A DNA stretch of 24,000 nt from Nanobdellota archaeon (GTDB taxonomy: Archaea > Nanobdellota > Nanobdellia > Pacearchaeales > GW2011-AR1), in NCBI GenBank assembly GCA_038045705.1, contig JBBSXO010000003.1:128828-152827 (forward strand), read 5' to 3'. The position numbers and the translations under genes are program-made. Positions 13,984 through 22,087 of the stretch are shown piece after piece. A model generated the notes under the pieces. It saw only the letters and a list, made by a program, of their open reading frames with translations. It was not told the DNA's origin and ran no database searches. Position 1 is the stretch's first letter; each line of letters begins with the position of its first letter.

Positions 13984-16900
13984 TCAATTGTAACCTGTCT
14001 TCCTAATTAATCTGTTTCCCATCAAACTCTTAAATCTCCTATGCTTTCTCACAGAATGAACTATTACTATCATTACAATAATTATCCCAACAATAAGAGT
14101 ACTCATTATTATCCAGAATACTAATCTTATTTGAGAATCAATAGGACTATCTTCAGTCAATGTTTCAGTTTCCTCCAAATCTTCATCGACTAACTGAGTT
14201 TCATCAAGCTCAATATTATCATTATCATTAGAACATCCTGTATCAGATGGATAGTCAACTAATCCATCACCATCATTATCAACTTCATCATTACATTGAG
14301 TAACTAAAGTATTAGTTCTTCTAGGAGGACCACCAGTCCCACTTCCAGAACTACTTCCACTTCCAGATCCAGAACTACTAGAACCAGATCCAGTCCCACA
14401 CGTTCCACAATCAGAAGCACAAGAAGAACAAGTCTCACTTAATACATGACAATAATTATCTCCACAAGTAGAGTTTAGAGTACTGTAATTACTAAACCCT
14501 ACAGCAGTCATCACAAATTCACCATTAGAGTAAGATAAAGGAGTACACTTTGTAGAAGGACAAGTAACATTCCCAGATGAAGTCTGAATTATAGGAACAG
14601 GAGCTTGAGTATAACTCAAGTTATAGAAAGTAACTCTAGCAGTTTGATTCAATTCAACATAACTTTCACTATATACTCCAACTATATTACTTGCAATAGC
14701 AATAGCATTATTCAAGTTCAAAGCCTGATAAACTCCAGAAACAGATCTCCACAATGAAACCTGTTGTCCTAAGTACTGTATTCTTCCAAGTCCTGGAATT
14801 CCAATAGAAAAGTCAACAACTCTAGTCAAATCAGTAATATTAGAAATATTAGTAGTCAGATTATTATTAAATCTAGAGTAAAGAGGAATAGGACATCCAC
14901 TATCTCCTACTAAATCACGAGTTCCATCACAATCATTATCCAGTCCATCTCTACACAATTCAACCCCAGTTTCAACAGTAGCATATCCTGAAATAGAATT
15001 GTAATTACATCCAGGCCAGTTATTATTAGTACAAGTCTCAAATGAATTCAGACAAACTCCTCTCTGTTCTCCACAGTTTCTAACCTGTCCGTTAGTACAA
15101 ACAGGTAAACTCAAAACAGTTAAGTTATAATTTACATTTCTAACAACTGTTCCACTTGTTCCAGTAATTATAATACTTTGATTAGAAACCAAAGTAGCAC
15201 TAGAAGAAGCAGATAAAGTAAGAGTTGAAGAGCAAGAATTTCCACTAGAAGGAGTACAACTTGTTGGATTAAATAACGCAGAAATTCCAGCAGATAAGTT
15301 AGTAGCAGTAAATGTCACAGCAGATGAAGTTCCAGAAGTATGAGTCGCAGTAACTGTAGTAGAAACAGTGTTACCTCTTTGTACAGATCCAGATGTAGGA
15401 CTTCTAGAAATTGTAAAGTCTAATGGAGCACTTTGATTTGTAGTATTACTAGCAAGATTAGACCAACCTGAAACACCAACACTATTATTCGCTAAAACTC
15501 TATATTCAAATGAAGTACTTGTAGGCAAACCATTATCAGTAAATGTAATTGTATTTGCAGGCAAGTTAGAAGCAGTAGACAATACATTAAAGCTACCAGA
15601 AGGTAATTGTCTTCTCTCAACTCTGAAGTTCATTTCATTATCGCTATTGTCTTTCCAATTAAGTCTCAACTGTATAGAACTTACTGGAGTAACGTTTAAG
15701 TCAGAAGGGGAGTTAGGCAAACTCCCAGGTACACATCCCTCATCAACCTGACCATCACAGTCATTATCTAATCCATCACAAGTGCTTTCAATTACTTGAT
15801 AATTAGAATTATGAGTTACATATGTAGTAGGTGAATAAGTAGGGGCACTGCATCCCCACCAATTCTTAAACTTACAAGTCTCTCTTGATCCAGCACAAAC
15901 TCCTCTCTGTTCTTGACAATTTCTTTGCGTGTTTTCAGTACAGAGATCATTAGGGTTCCATTGCCGACCATAATCAGACCTATGAGTAACCCATAATTGG
16001 TCAAGCCATCTTCGCCAATCAGGAAATTGGGTAACACCTTCAATTTGCATATAACGATCCATATATGGGAAATAAACATCATGATTCCAAAGATCAGTAA
16101 TGCCCATAATATGAGCGGCTAAAGCATAACCAACCCATGAACTAGCAGTACAACAAATACGATAACCATTTCCAGTCCAAATAACATTATCACCTCTAGG
16201 ATCGTCCCAATGATTCCAACCCCAATCAGGAAGTCCTATATCAGCAGAAGTATACCCTCCATAACCACAATTCACACCTCCTGCAGAACATTCAGGAATA
16301 ACAGAAGGAGGTGTATTTACAGGATAATTAGTTACAGCAAAAGTCTGTCCAGTATCTCCAAAATAGCCTGGATCAGTATTATCAAAACGAATCCTAGACA
16401 TACCTTGATCATTAAGCAAAGCTCCCGCAAAAAGAATTGGGAACAACCGACCGGAGCCATGGCCCCCATTAGGAAACCAAGAATCATTAACATTAACACG
16501 ATTGTTAAAAGCACCATAGAAATCAATACCTAATTGAGTAAGCATAACAACTAATCTTTCTTTTTCCGCATTAGTATAATTAAGATTAACTAAAATAGCT
16601 ATATAAGAAACATCTAAAGCAAAAGCTCCACCATATCCAGAGGCACCTAAAGAAGGTTGAACCCCTTCAGTTCTCCAATAATTAGTCTGAACATTAACAC
16701 GTTCAAATGTTTTTTCTATCTGTGATATGTTTAAAGGAGAAGGTGGAGCGCTAGAGGGAGTTAATCTTCCCAGACGATTATAATCTAATTGATTTTTATT
16801 AAAACGAATAGTTTTATCTGTTCCAAAATAAGTCGGTCTAAAACTATTTGCTGGAGGTACTTGAGTAAGAATAGTTAATACTGCAGCATCTCTAACAAAA

Positions 16901-17859
16901 CCTCTTGTACATGAGAATGTAATGCTGTTAACTGCATCCCAGCCATATGTAGCTCCGCAAGTAGAAGGAGTAGTCTGACTTTCTGTAGATAAAAGAGATG
17001 CAGAAGCAGTAATAGTTAAAGGGAAAGTTGGCCGTAATGTAGCATCATAAGAAGGCCCATCATTATTACTAAGACGATCATCATAAGGTTGACCGCTTAG
17101 ACCACTACGAAAACTTGGATTCAACCATGAACCATGCCTTCCAGGTATTTGTAAAGGAGAAGTACTAGTAATTGTTACAGGACCAATAACCCACCAATCT
17201 CCATTAGCAAATTGCCCGCATTCAACAGGTGTTTGAAAATTCCAAGTAATTCCATAACGAGTAATTGAAGAACACAAAGCACTTTCAGGTCCAGACCCAC
17301 CAGAAGGAGATAAAGAAGAATCATCGCCATAAAAAAGATAAATTTTTTCAGAAACCAAATTCTTAGAATAACTAGGAGAAGAGCTAAGACTAACAATAGA
17401 ATAAATTTCAAGTCTAGAATCTTCTGAAGATTCATCCGCCAAAATTAAAACTCCATCGGTAATTTTCCAGTCAAATGAAGCAACACCATTTTCAAAAACG
17501 CTTTGAAGATTAATTATATGGTCATCAAACAGGATATCTTTTTCAAAAATCTCAAAATCAACTTTATAACCATCACAATTTTTTCCAAAAACTTCAAAGT
17601 GAACAACATCTCCAATTTTAACAGAATTAACACTCGATGAAACTCTTTCAATTATACACGAAGAACCAATATCTACATTAGGAAAAGTTCTAAGATCTGA
17701 AATATTAAGAAGAGAATCTTCTTCAGAAATAACTTTGCCTGTAATTGTCCCATCAATATCAAAAAAACTATAAGTCTTATTTACGTCAAAAAATAAAACA
17801 AAAGAAAAAAAAGCAATAAAAAAAACAAATATAATAAAAAAATCAACACTCCACTTCAT
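13984..17859 (-). CDS. giant modular surface protein A (1291 aa): N-terminal signal/anchor, beta-sandwich, about 450-aa unassigned enzyme-like domain, Cys-rich DNDCDG module, FN3, Ig-like, second Cys-rich module, shared C-terminal cassette with TM anchor
   Basis: - N-terminus is MKWSVDFFIIFVFFIAFFSFVLFF.
- The FN3-like domain is at about 15430..15715 (PSDLNVTPVSSIQLRLNWKDNSDNEMNFRVERR...FEYRVLANNSVGVSGWS).
- CxxQRGVC...CDGLDNDCDG modules are at about 15725..15950 and about 14890..15110.
- The Gly/Ser linker is at about 14333..14397.
- QCNDEVDNDGDGLVDYPSDTGC is at about 14230..14305.
- The C-terminal TM helix is FWIIMSTLIVGIIIVMIVIV, followed by a basic tail.
- There are many N-x-S/T sequons.
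- The reading frame is uninterrupted for 3.9 kb in AT-rich DNA. Confidence 0.85.
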   Translation of the reverse strand: MKWSVDFFIIFVFFIAFFSFVLFFDVNKTYSFFDIDGTITGKVISEEDSLLNISDLRTFPNVDIGSSCIIERVSSSVNSVKIGDVVHFEVFGKNCDGYKVDFEIFEKDILFDDHIINLQSVFENGVASFDWKITDGVLILADESSEDSRLEIYSIVSLSSSPSYSKNLVSEKIYLFYGDDSSLSPSGGSGPESALCSSITRYGITWNFQTPVECGQFANGDWWVIGPVTITSTSPLQIPGRHGSWLNPSFRSGLSGQPYDDRLSNNDGPSYDATLRPTFPLTITASASLLSTESQTTPSTCGATYGWDAVNSITFSCTRGFVRDAAVLTILTQVPPANSFRPTYFGTDKTIRFNKNQLDYNRLGRLTPSSAPPSPLNISQIEKTFERVNVQTNYWRTEGVQPSLGASGYGGAFALDVSYIAILVNLNYTNAEKERLVVMLTQLGIDFYGAFNNRVNVNDSWFPNGGHGSGRLFPILFAGALLNDQGMSRIRFDNTDPGYFGDTGQTFAVTNYPVNTPPSVIPECSAGGVNCGYGGYTSADIGLPDWGWNHWDDPRGDNVIWTGNGYRICCTASSWVGYALAAHIMGITDLWNHDVYFPYMDRYMQIEGVTQFPDWRRWLDQLWVTHRSDYGRQWNPNDLCTENTQRNCQEQRGVCAGSRETCKFKNWWGCSAPTYSPTTYVTHNSNYQVIESTCDGLDNDCDGQVDEGCVPGSLPNSPSDLNVTPVSSIQLRLNWKDNSDNEMNFRVERRQLPSGSFNVLSTASNLPANTITFTDNGLPTSTSFEYRVLANNSVGVSGWSNLASNTTNQSAPLDFTISRSPTSGSVQRGNTVSTTVTATHTSGTSSAVTFTATNLSAGISALFNPTSCTPSSGNSCSSTLTLSASSSATLVSNQSIIITGTSGTVVRNVNYNLTVLSLPVCTNGQVRNCGEQRGVCLNSFETCTNNNWPGCNYNSISGYATVETGVELCRDGLDNDCDGTRDLVGDSGCPIPLYSRFNNNLTTNISNITDLTRVVDFSIGIPGLGRIQYLGQQVSLWRSVSGVYQALNLNNAIAIASNIVGVYSESYVELNQTARVTFYNLSYTQAPVPIIQTSSGNVTCPSTKCTPLSYSNGEFVMTAVGFSNYSTLNSTCGDNYCHVLSETCSSCASDCGTCGTGSGSSSSGSGSGSSSGSGTGGPPRRTNTLVTQCNDEVDNDGDGLVDYPSDTGCSNDNDNIELDETQLVDEDLEETETLTEDSPIDSQIRLVFWIIMSTLIVGIIIVMIVIVHSVRKHRRFKSLMGNRLIRKTGYN
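14249..14349. repeat. 101-nt near-identical DNA patch shared with 18192..18292 (copy in protein A gene)
   Basis: Base-by-base comparison by hand gives 7 mismatches in 101 nt, with the last 37 nt identical (14313..14349 = 18256..18292, TAGTTCTTCTAGGAGGACCACCAGTCCCACTTCCAGA). It encodes GGPPRRT..LVTQCND.VDNDGDGLVDYP. Confidence 0.9.
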
Positions 17860-17917
17860 AAAGAAAAAAGAATAAGGCTATTTATAAGGTTTATTATAGC
17901 TCTATCTCGACTACAAA
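17860..17917 (-). promoter_or_regulatory. promoter of giant protein A gene in the 58-nt gap between the two giant genes
   Basis: TTTATAA (17881..17887) is centred about 25 nt upstream of the ATG at 17859. The 14-mer AATAAGGCTATTTA (17871..17884) is identical to 421..434, upstream of the left-edge ORF. Confidence 0.45.
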
Positions 17918-20900
17918 TCAAATCCCTAGAGGAGGCGAATTACTTGAACTTGAAGCAACTTTTGCAAGATTATTAAATCTATTTTTTCCAATCAAATATC
18001 TAAGGATGATCATAGAAGCAATAACAATTCCACCAATAAGCGCAACAATAACTATCCAAAAGATAATCTTTATCTCAAAGACTCTTTCAAGAGGAGTAGG
18101 TAAGCTTTGGTCTTCACCTTCTGATTCATCAATCAAAGAGTCTACATTCAATTCAACATTATCTTGGGCATTGCTACAACCAGCATCTCTAGGATAATCA
18201 ACTAGTCCATCACCATCATTGTCAACTCTATCATTACATTGAGTAACTAAAGGAGTAGTTCTTCTAGGAGGACCACCAGTCCCACTTCCAGATCCAGAAC
18301 CTGAGCCAGATCCACTTCCACTAGAAGAAGGGCATGCCCCACAATCAGAACTACAAGAAGAACAAGTCTCACTCAGGCTGCAGTAAGTGTCTCCACAACT
18401 AGAGTTTCTAGTACTATAATTACTAAATCCAGCAACATTCATACTAAATACACCATTAAGATAAGCCAAACTTTGACATGATGTAGAAGGACAAATAACA
18501 TATCCAGTAGAACTTGAAACAACAGGAGTAGGTGCTTCCGAATAAGACAAACCTTCAAATGTTAAAACAGCAGTTTGATCAAGTTCAGGATTACTTAGAG
18601 CATCAACACCAATCAAATTATTTTCTATAGTTACAGCATCATCCAAATTCAAGGCCTGATGAATTCCAGAAGCATTTCTCAAAACAGAAACTCTCTGTCC
18701 TAAGTATTGTATTCTTCCAGCTCCAGAAACTGCTAGAGACATATCTTGAACATTGCTTAAATCAGGAACAGCAAAGAAATTAGTAGTCAATGGAGAAATA
18801 AATCCAGTAACAGAAGGAACAGGACACCCATTCAAAGTACTAACAACTGTAGATATAGACGTATTAAGACATAAATCTAAATTATTTGGAACTGGTCCAT
18901 CTGGAATACTGTCTCCATCATTATCAAAACTACAGATATTATTATAACACAATCCAGTAGTATATGTAGAACCAGCAATAACGCAATCAGAGCCAGAGCT
19001 TAATAGACAAGACTCTCCAAAATCACACAACAAACCAGCAGGTGTGCAAATAGGGCCACCGCCATCTCTACAGGTTTCATGAGAATCCTGAATACCATTA
19101 CTACATTCAGCAAGAGTTCCTGTCTCTCCTTGCAAAGTCAATGTAACCCGACGGACAACGTTAGTAGTTTGAGATGTTGCAGTAATAACTATGGGATAAT
19201 TTTGTTCAACAACATTTCCAACATCTACATCAAGAGTTACATTACAAGTAGGATTAGGGTTTCCAGCACTAGGAGTACATCTATCTGATCCAACAAAACT
19301 AACAGAAGCTTCAGGAATAGATTGAGCAGACACAACAACTTCTTCTTGAGTCATTTCAACAAGACTCTCTAATTTAACTTCGACATTAAATGAAGATCCA
19401 GAAACAACAGGAACTGTAGAAGGATTCAAAGTAGATAGATAACTAAATGGATAATTCACTCTAAGATTTTGCGGAGAAGAAGAAACAATACCATCTCCAC
19501 TTATAACTCTTATTGCAAAATCACCTACTAATGTCCCTAATATTCCAGGAGGTAAAGACAATTGTATTAAGTTAGAATTAGCAACAGTTGTTAAAGGAGT
19601 TATATCTATTCCATTTGCAGTAACAAAAGCCAAAGGATCAAAATCATTTCCAACTAGATTAATAATATTATTAACATTGTTAACAATAATATTAGGAGAA
19701 ATAGAATTTATCACAGGACTAGATCTCAAAGTAAAAGTGAAAGAGTTAGAATTCAGTCCAGGAGCAGGAGTCGGATTTACAACACTAATGGAGTGAGTTC
19801 CAACTCTAAATGTTTCAGCCTCAATATTAAAAGAGATACTATTTCCAGTAATAACTAAGTTCTGACATTGCGTAGAACAAGGAACTCCATCAATTCTTAA
19901 TTCAGCATTAGACGCAAAATATTGCCCATTAATAGTTAAAGCATTATCAGATCCCCACAAAAATATAGGGCTAGGAAGATTATTTATGTTATTTATAACT
20001 GGGCTCTGATCAACACAACCGCAAGAATTAGCATTACAACTTTGTGATTGAGAACAACCACTACTAGAATCACATGTAGCACCACACTGATTGATCCTAC
20101 ATTGATAAGAACCAGCACAAGTACCTGCATCTACACATCTATCTGGACTACCACTAGATTTAGTTCCACTAGTACCAGCACATTCAACACACCATTGACA
20201 AAGATTACCAGGTGCAGTATTACAAGATGTACTTGTACTGTATCCAGAACAAGAACCAGCAGTTATTTGCACGTTAGAAGTCAAAGCATTTCCGCTTCTA
20301 TAAGATATAGAAGAATCAATATCACATCTTGCAATTTGAGTTATTCCAGGAGTAGAAGAACTTAAACAATTAAAAGTAGCTGTACTTCCACTAGAACTAG
20401 ATAAAGCACAAGTAGAGGAACCAATAAATCCATCTAATGCAACGGCAACATTTGCAGGATTTGAAGTACAAACTAAATTAAAATTAGTATTTGCATTAAC
20501 ACTAGAAGGCGCATTTATGTTTGTAATCTGAATAGAACATCCACTATCTCCTTTAATTAAACCATCTCCACTTCCAATATAATCTCTTCCACCAGTAGCA
20601 ATATTGAGTTCATCACAGTCATTATCCATACCATCAGAACACAAAGCAGAACCAGTTTCAACAGAAGCATAATTGGGACTATGAGATGAATATGTCCCAG
20701 AAGTGCAAGCCTCAAACTCTCCATCAACACATCTAGCAACAGAACCTTGACAAACACCCTGTTGATTGCTACAAGGAATAGTATCAACACCATCAAGACA
20801 AGTAGTAGCTTCTATAGTCAAAGGTAACCAATTAGCAGAATACTGCAAGAAAGGATTGCCAGTAGGATCAAATACATTAGCATATTGATATTCTAAAGAT

Positions 20901-21973
20901 GCAGGATCCTGTCCTTGAGGAATTACAAAAGTAAATGTATTGCTATCAACCCAATTACAATTATAATTACTTCCAACAAGGTAATTACAAACATCTATAG
21001 TCGTTTGAGTAAGTGTATCTCTTACAAAAATTGAATACTCTGGCATCAAATTAGTCCCGGTAATTGTAATTGGTCTTGCAATATTATGTCTTACAGTCCC
21101 GGGAGTTAATGTATTAATTACAGGAACAGGTGCATTCCTAATAGTAAGCTGCTGAGGTTGAGATTCTCGAAAATTATCTAAATTAACAACCTTAATATCG
21201 TAAACATCTGCAATAGCATTTCTCTGTACAGGAAATCTAATTTCATTAACACTAACTCTAGAACAACCAAGAGTCGCAAAAGAACAATAAGGATCATAAT
21301 TAGATTGTTCTTGAGGTTTATAAAAAATAGCAAAATTAACTGGAAGGTTATCTCCTAGCATAGAAACATCAGTTAAAACATGATTGTAAACAGGGTTAGG
21401 ATTAAACGAATTAATAATAGGAGCATCAGATAAAGTAACTCCAGTAGCTGTATTTGACCAAGGAGATGATAAAATTATATTATAAGCAAGAACTCTATAA
21501 TCGTAAGAAGTGCTTGGCATAAGATTATTATGTATAAATGATTCTGTATTTGGAGGTAAACCATTAGCTCCCTGAACATCTGCCCAAGCAGACTCTGGAG
21601 CAGAAGATAATTTATATTGTAAAATAAATCCATCTTCACTATTACTTGGACTATTACTATTGTCAGTCCAATCCAGCCTTATAGAAGAAAAACTTAAAGG
21701 TGTAGCAGTTAAATCACTAGGTGGTAAAGGTGGTTCAGTTGGATCATCAGTAGGCTGTAAAAGAATGCCATCGACAGGATTAACAAAAGGATAAATAATT
21801 TTAGACAAAACAGAATCTCCCAATTCATATTCGGAAGGTGAAGCCTCTCCAGTAGAAATATATTCTGCAACACAAGGAAGAGAACCACAATTATTAGCAT
21901 AATCTAAGTAAAGCACAAAAGCAGATAAAAAACTAAAAATAACAACTACAAATAAAAAACCATCTCTTTTCAT
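17918..21973 (-). CDS. giant modular surface protein B (about 1351 aa from ATG 21973): N-terminal anchor, FN3, 2 IPT/TIG-like, Cys-rich DNDCD module, Cys/Ser/Gly-rich segment, 2 IPT/TIG-like, Ig-like, Cys-rich linker, shared C-terminal cassette with TM anchor
   Basis: - The start is moved from the TTG at 22108 to the ATG at 21973 (MKRDGFLFVVVIFSFLSAFVLYL).
- The FN3-like domain is at about 21430..21725 (PPSDLTATPLSFSSIRLDWTD...YDYRVLAYN).
- IPT/TIG-like repeats begin PIINSFNP, PVINTLTP, PVINNINN and PVINSISP (about 20815..21430 and 19450..20005).
- CSNQQGVCQGS...CSDGMDNDCDE is at about 20535..20810.
- The C-terminal third is paralogous to protein A, including the (GS)n linker, QCNDRVDNDGDGLVDYPRDAGC and the TM helix IIFWIVIVALIGGIVIASMIIL. 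Confidence 0.85.
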   Translation of the reverse strand: MKRDGFLFVVVIFSFLSAFVLYLDYANNCGSLPCVAEYISTGEASPSEYELGDSVLSKIIYPFVNPVDGILLQPTDDPTEPPLPPSDLTATPLSFSSIRLDWTDNSNSPSNSEDGFILQYKLSSAPESAWADVQGANGLPPNTESFIHNNLMPSTSYDYRVLAYNIILSSPWSNTATGVTLSDAPIINSFNPNPVYNHVLTDVSMLGDNLPVNFAIFYKPQEQSNYDPYCSFATLGCSRVSVNEIRFPVQRNAIADVYDIKVVNLDNFRESQPQQLTIRNAPVPVINTLTPGTVRHNIARPITITGTNLMPEYSIFVRDTLTQTTIDVCNYLVGSNYNCNWVDSNTFTFVIPQGQDPASLEYQYANVFDPTGNPFLQYSANWLPLTIEATTCLDGVDTIPCSNQQGVCQGSVARCVDGEFEACTSGTYSSHSPNYASVETGSALCSDGMDNDCDELNIATGGRDYIGSGDGLIKGDSGCSIQITNINAPSSVNANTNFNLVCTSNPANVAVALDGFIGSSTCALSSSSGSTATFNCLSSSTPGITQIARCDIDSSISYRSGNALTSNVQITAGSCSGYSTSTSCNTAPGNLCQWCVECAGTSGTKSSGSPDRCVDAGTCAGSYQCRINQCGATCDSSSGCSQSQSCNANSCGCVDQSPVINNINNLPSPIFLWGSDNALTINGQYFASNAELRIDGVPCSTQCQNLVITGNSISFNIEAETFRVGTHSISVVNPTPAPGLNSNSFTFTLRSSPVINSISPNIIVNNVNNIINLVGNDFDPLAFVTANGIDITPLTTVANSNLIQLSLPPGILGTLVGDFAIRVISGDGIVSSSPQNLRVNYPFSYLSTLNPSTVPVVSGSSFNVEVKLESLVEMTQEEVVVSAQSIPEASVSFVGSDRCTPSAGNPNPTCNVTLDVDVGNVVEQNYPIVITATSQTTNVVRRVTLTLQGETGTLAECSNGIQDSHETCRDGGGPICTPAGLLCDFGESCLLSSGSDCVIAGSTYTTGLCYNNICSFDNDGDSIPDGPVPNNLDLCLNTSISTVVSTLNGCPVPSVTGFISPLTTNFFAVPDLSNVQDMSLAVSGAGRIQYLGQRVSVLRNASGIHQALNLDDAVTIENNLIGVDALSNPELDQTAVLTFEGLSYSEAPTPVVSSSTGYVICPSTSCQSLAYLNGVFSMNVAGFSNYSTRNSSCGDTYCSLSETCSSCSSDCGACPSSSGSGSGSGSGSGSGTGGPPRRTTPLVTQCNDRVDNDGDGLVDYPRDAGCSNAQDNVELNVDSLIDESEGEDQSLPTPLERVFEIKIIFWIVIVALIGGIVIASMIILRYLIGKNRFNNLAKVASSSSNSPPLGI
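18192..18292. repeat. 101-nt near-identical DNA patch shared with 14249..14349 (copy in protein B gene)
   Basis: See the paired feature: 94 of 101 positions are identical by hand alignment. Flanking sequence stays recognisably similar at lower identity, for example TCCACAA(G/C)TAGAGTTT..AGTACT.TAATTACTAAA.CC at about 14461 versus about 18392. Confidence 0.9.
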
Positions 21974-22087
21974 TACAATAGATATAACTAAGTCATTTAT
22001 AAAGTTTATTCTAAAAATTACTAGATTATTAATAACTATATCTTTAATGGTAACAAACAATATAAAGCAAAATCCATCTGCAACACA
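21974..22087. promoter_or_regulatory. divergent promoter region (giant protein B / MCM)
   Basis: TTTATAAA (21996..22003) is centred about 27 nt from the minus-strand ATG at 21973. AATATAAAGC (about 22059..22068) is centred about 24 nt from the plus-strand ATG at 22088. Confidence 0.45.

Noticed and set aside
14324-14400. Short periodic repeats (CCAGA(T/A)CC... units), here and at about 18266..18331, considered as tandem-repeat or CRISPR-like structure
   Set aside because: They are in-frame codons for Gly/Ser linkers inside the giant CDSs. The units are irregular 6-nt repeats without spacers, so this is not a CRISPR array.
15816-17435. Track ORFs inside the giant protein A gene (15816..16082 -, 16210..16533 +, 16332..16526 -, 17175..17435 -)
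   Set aside because: These are alternative-frame or antisense shadows of a 3.9-kb uninterrupted CDS. Their low-complexity Leu/Ile/Ser/Arg-rich translations have no motifs.
18006-21900. Track ORFs inside the giant protein B gene (18006..18197, 18753..18947, 19079..19288, 20048..20365 on +; 20557..20796, 21709..21900 on -)
   Set aside because: These are shadow ORFs of the long CDS. Their translations are repetitive (for example a T/S/R-rich string at 20048..20365) and lack starts with promoter context.
21974-22087. Replication origin next to MCM
   Set aside because: The spacer is AT-rich but contains only a 7-nt inverted repeat (AGATATA/TATATCT). There are no repeated ORB-like elements and no adjacent orc1/cdc6. 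The two TATA-like boxes are enough to explain it.
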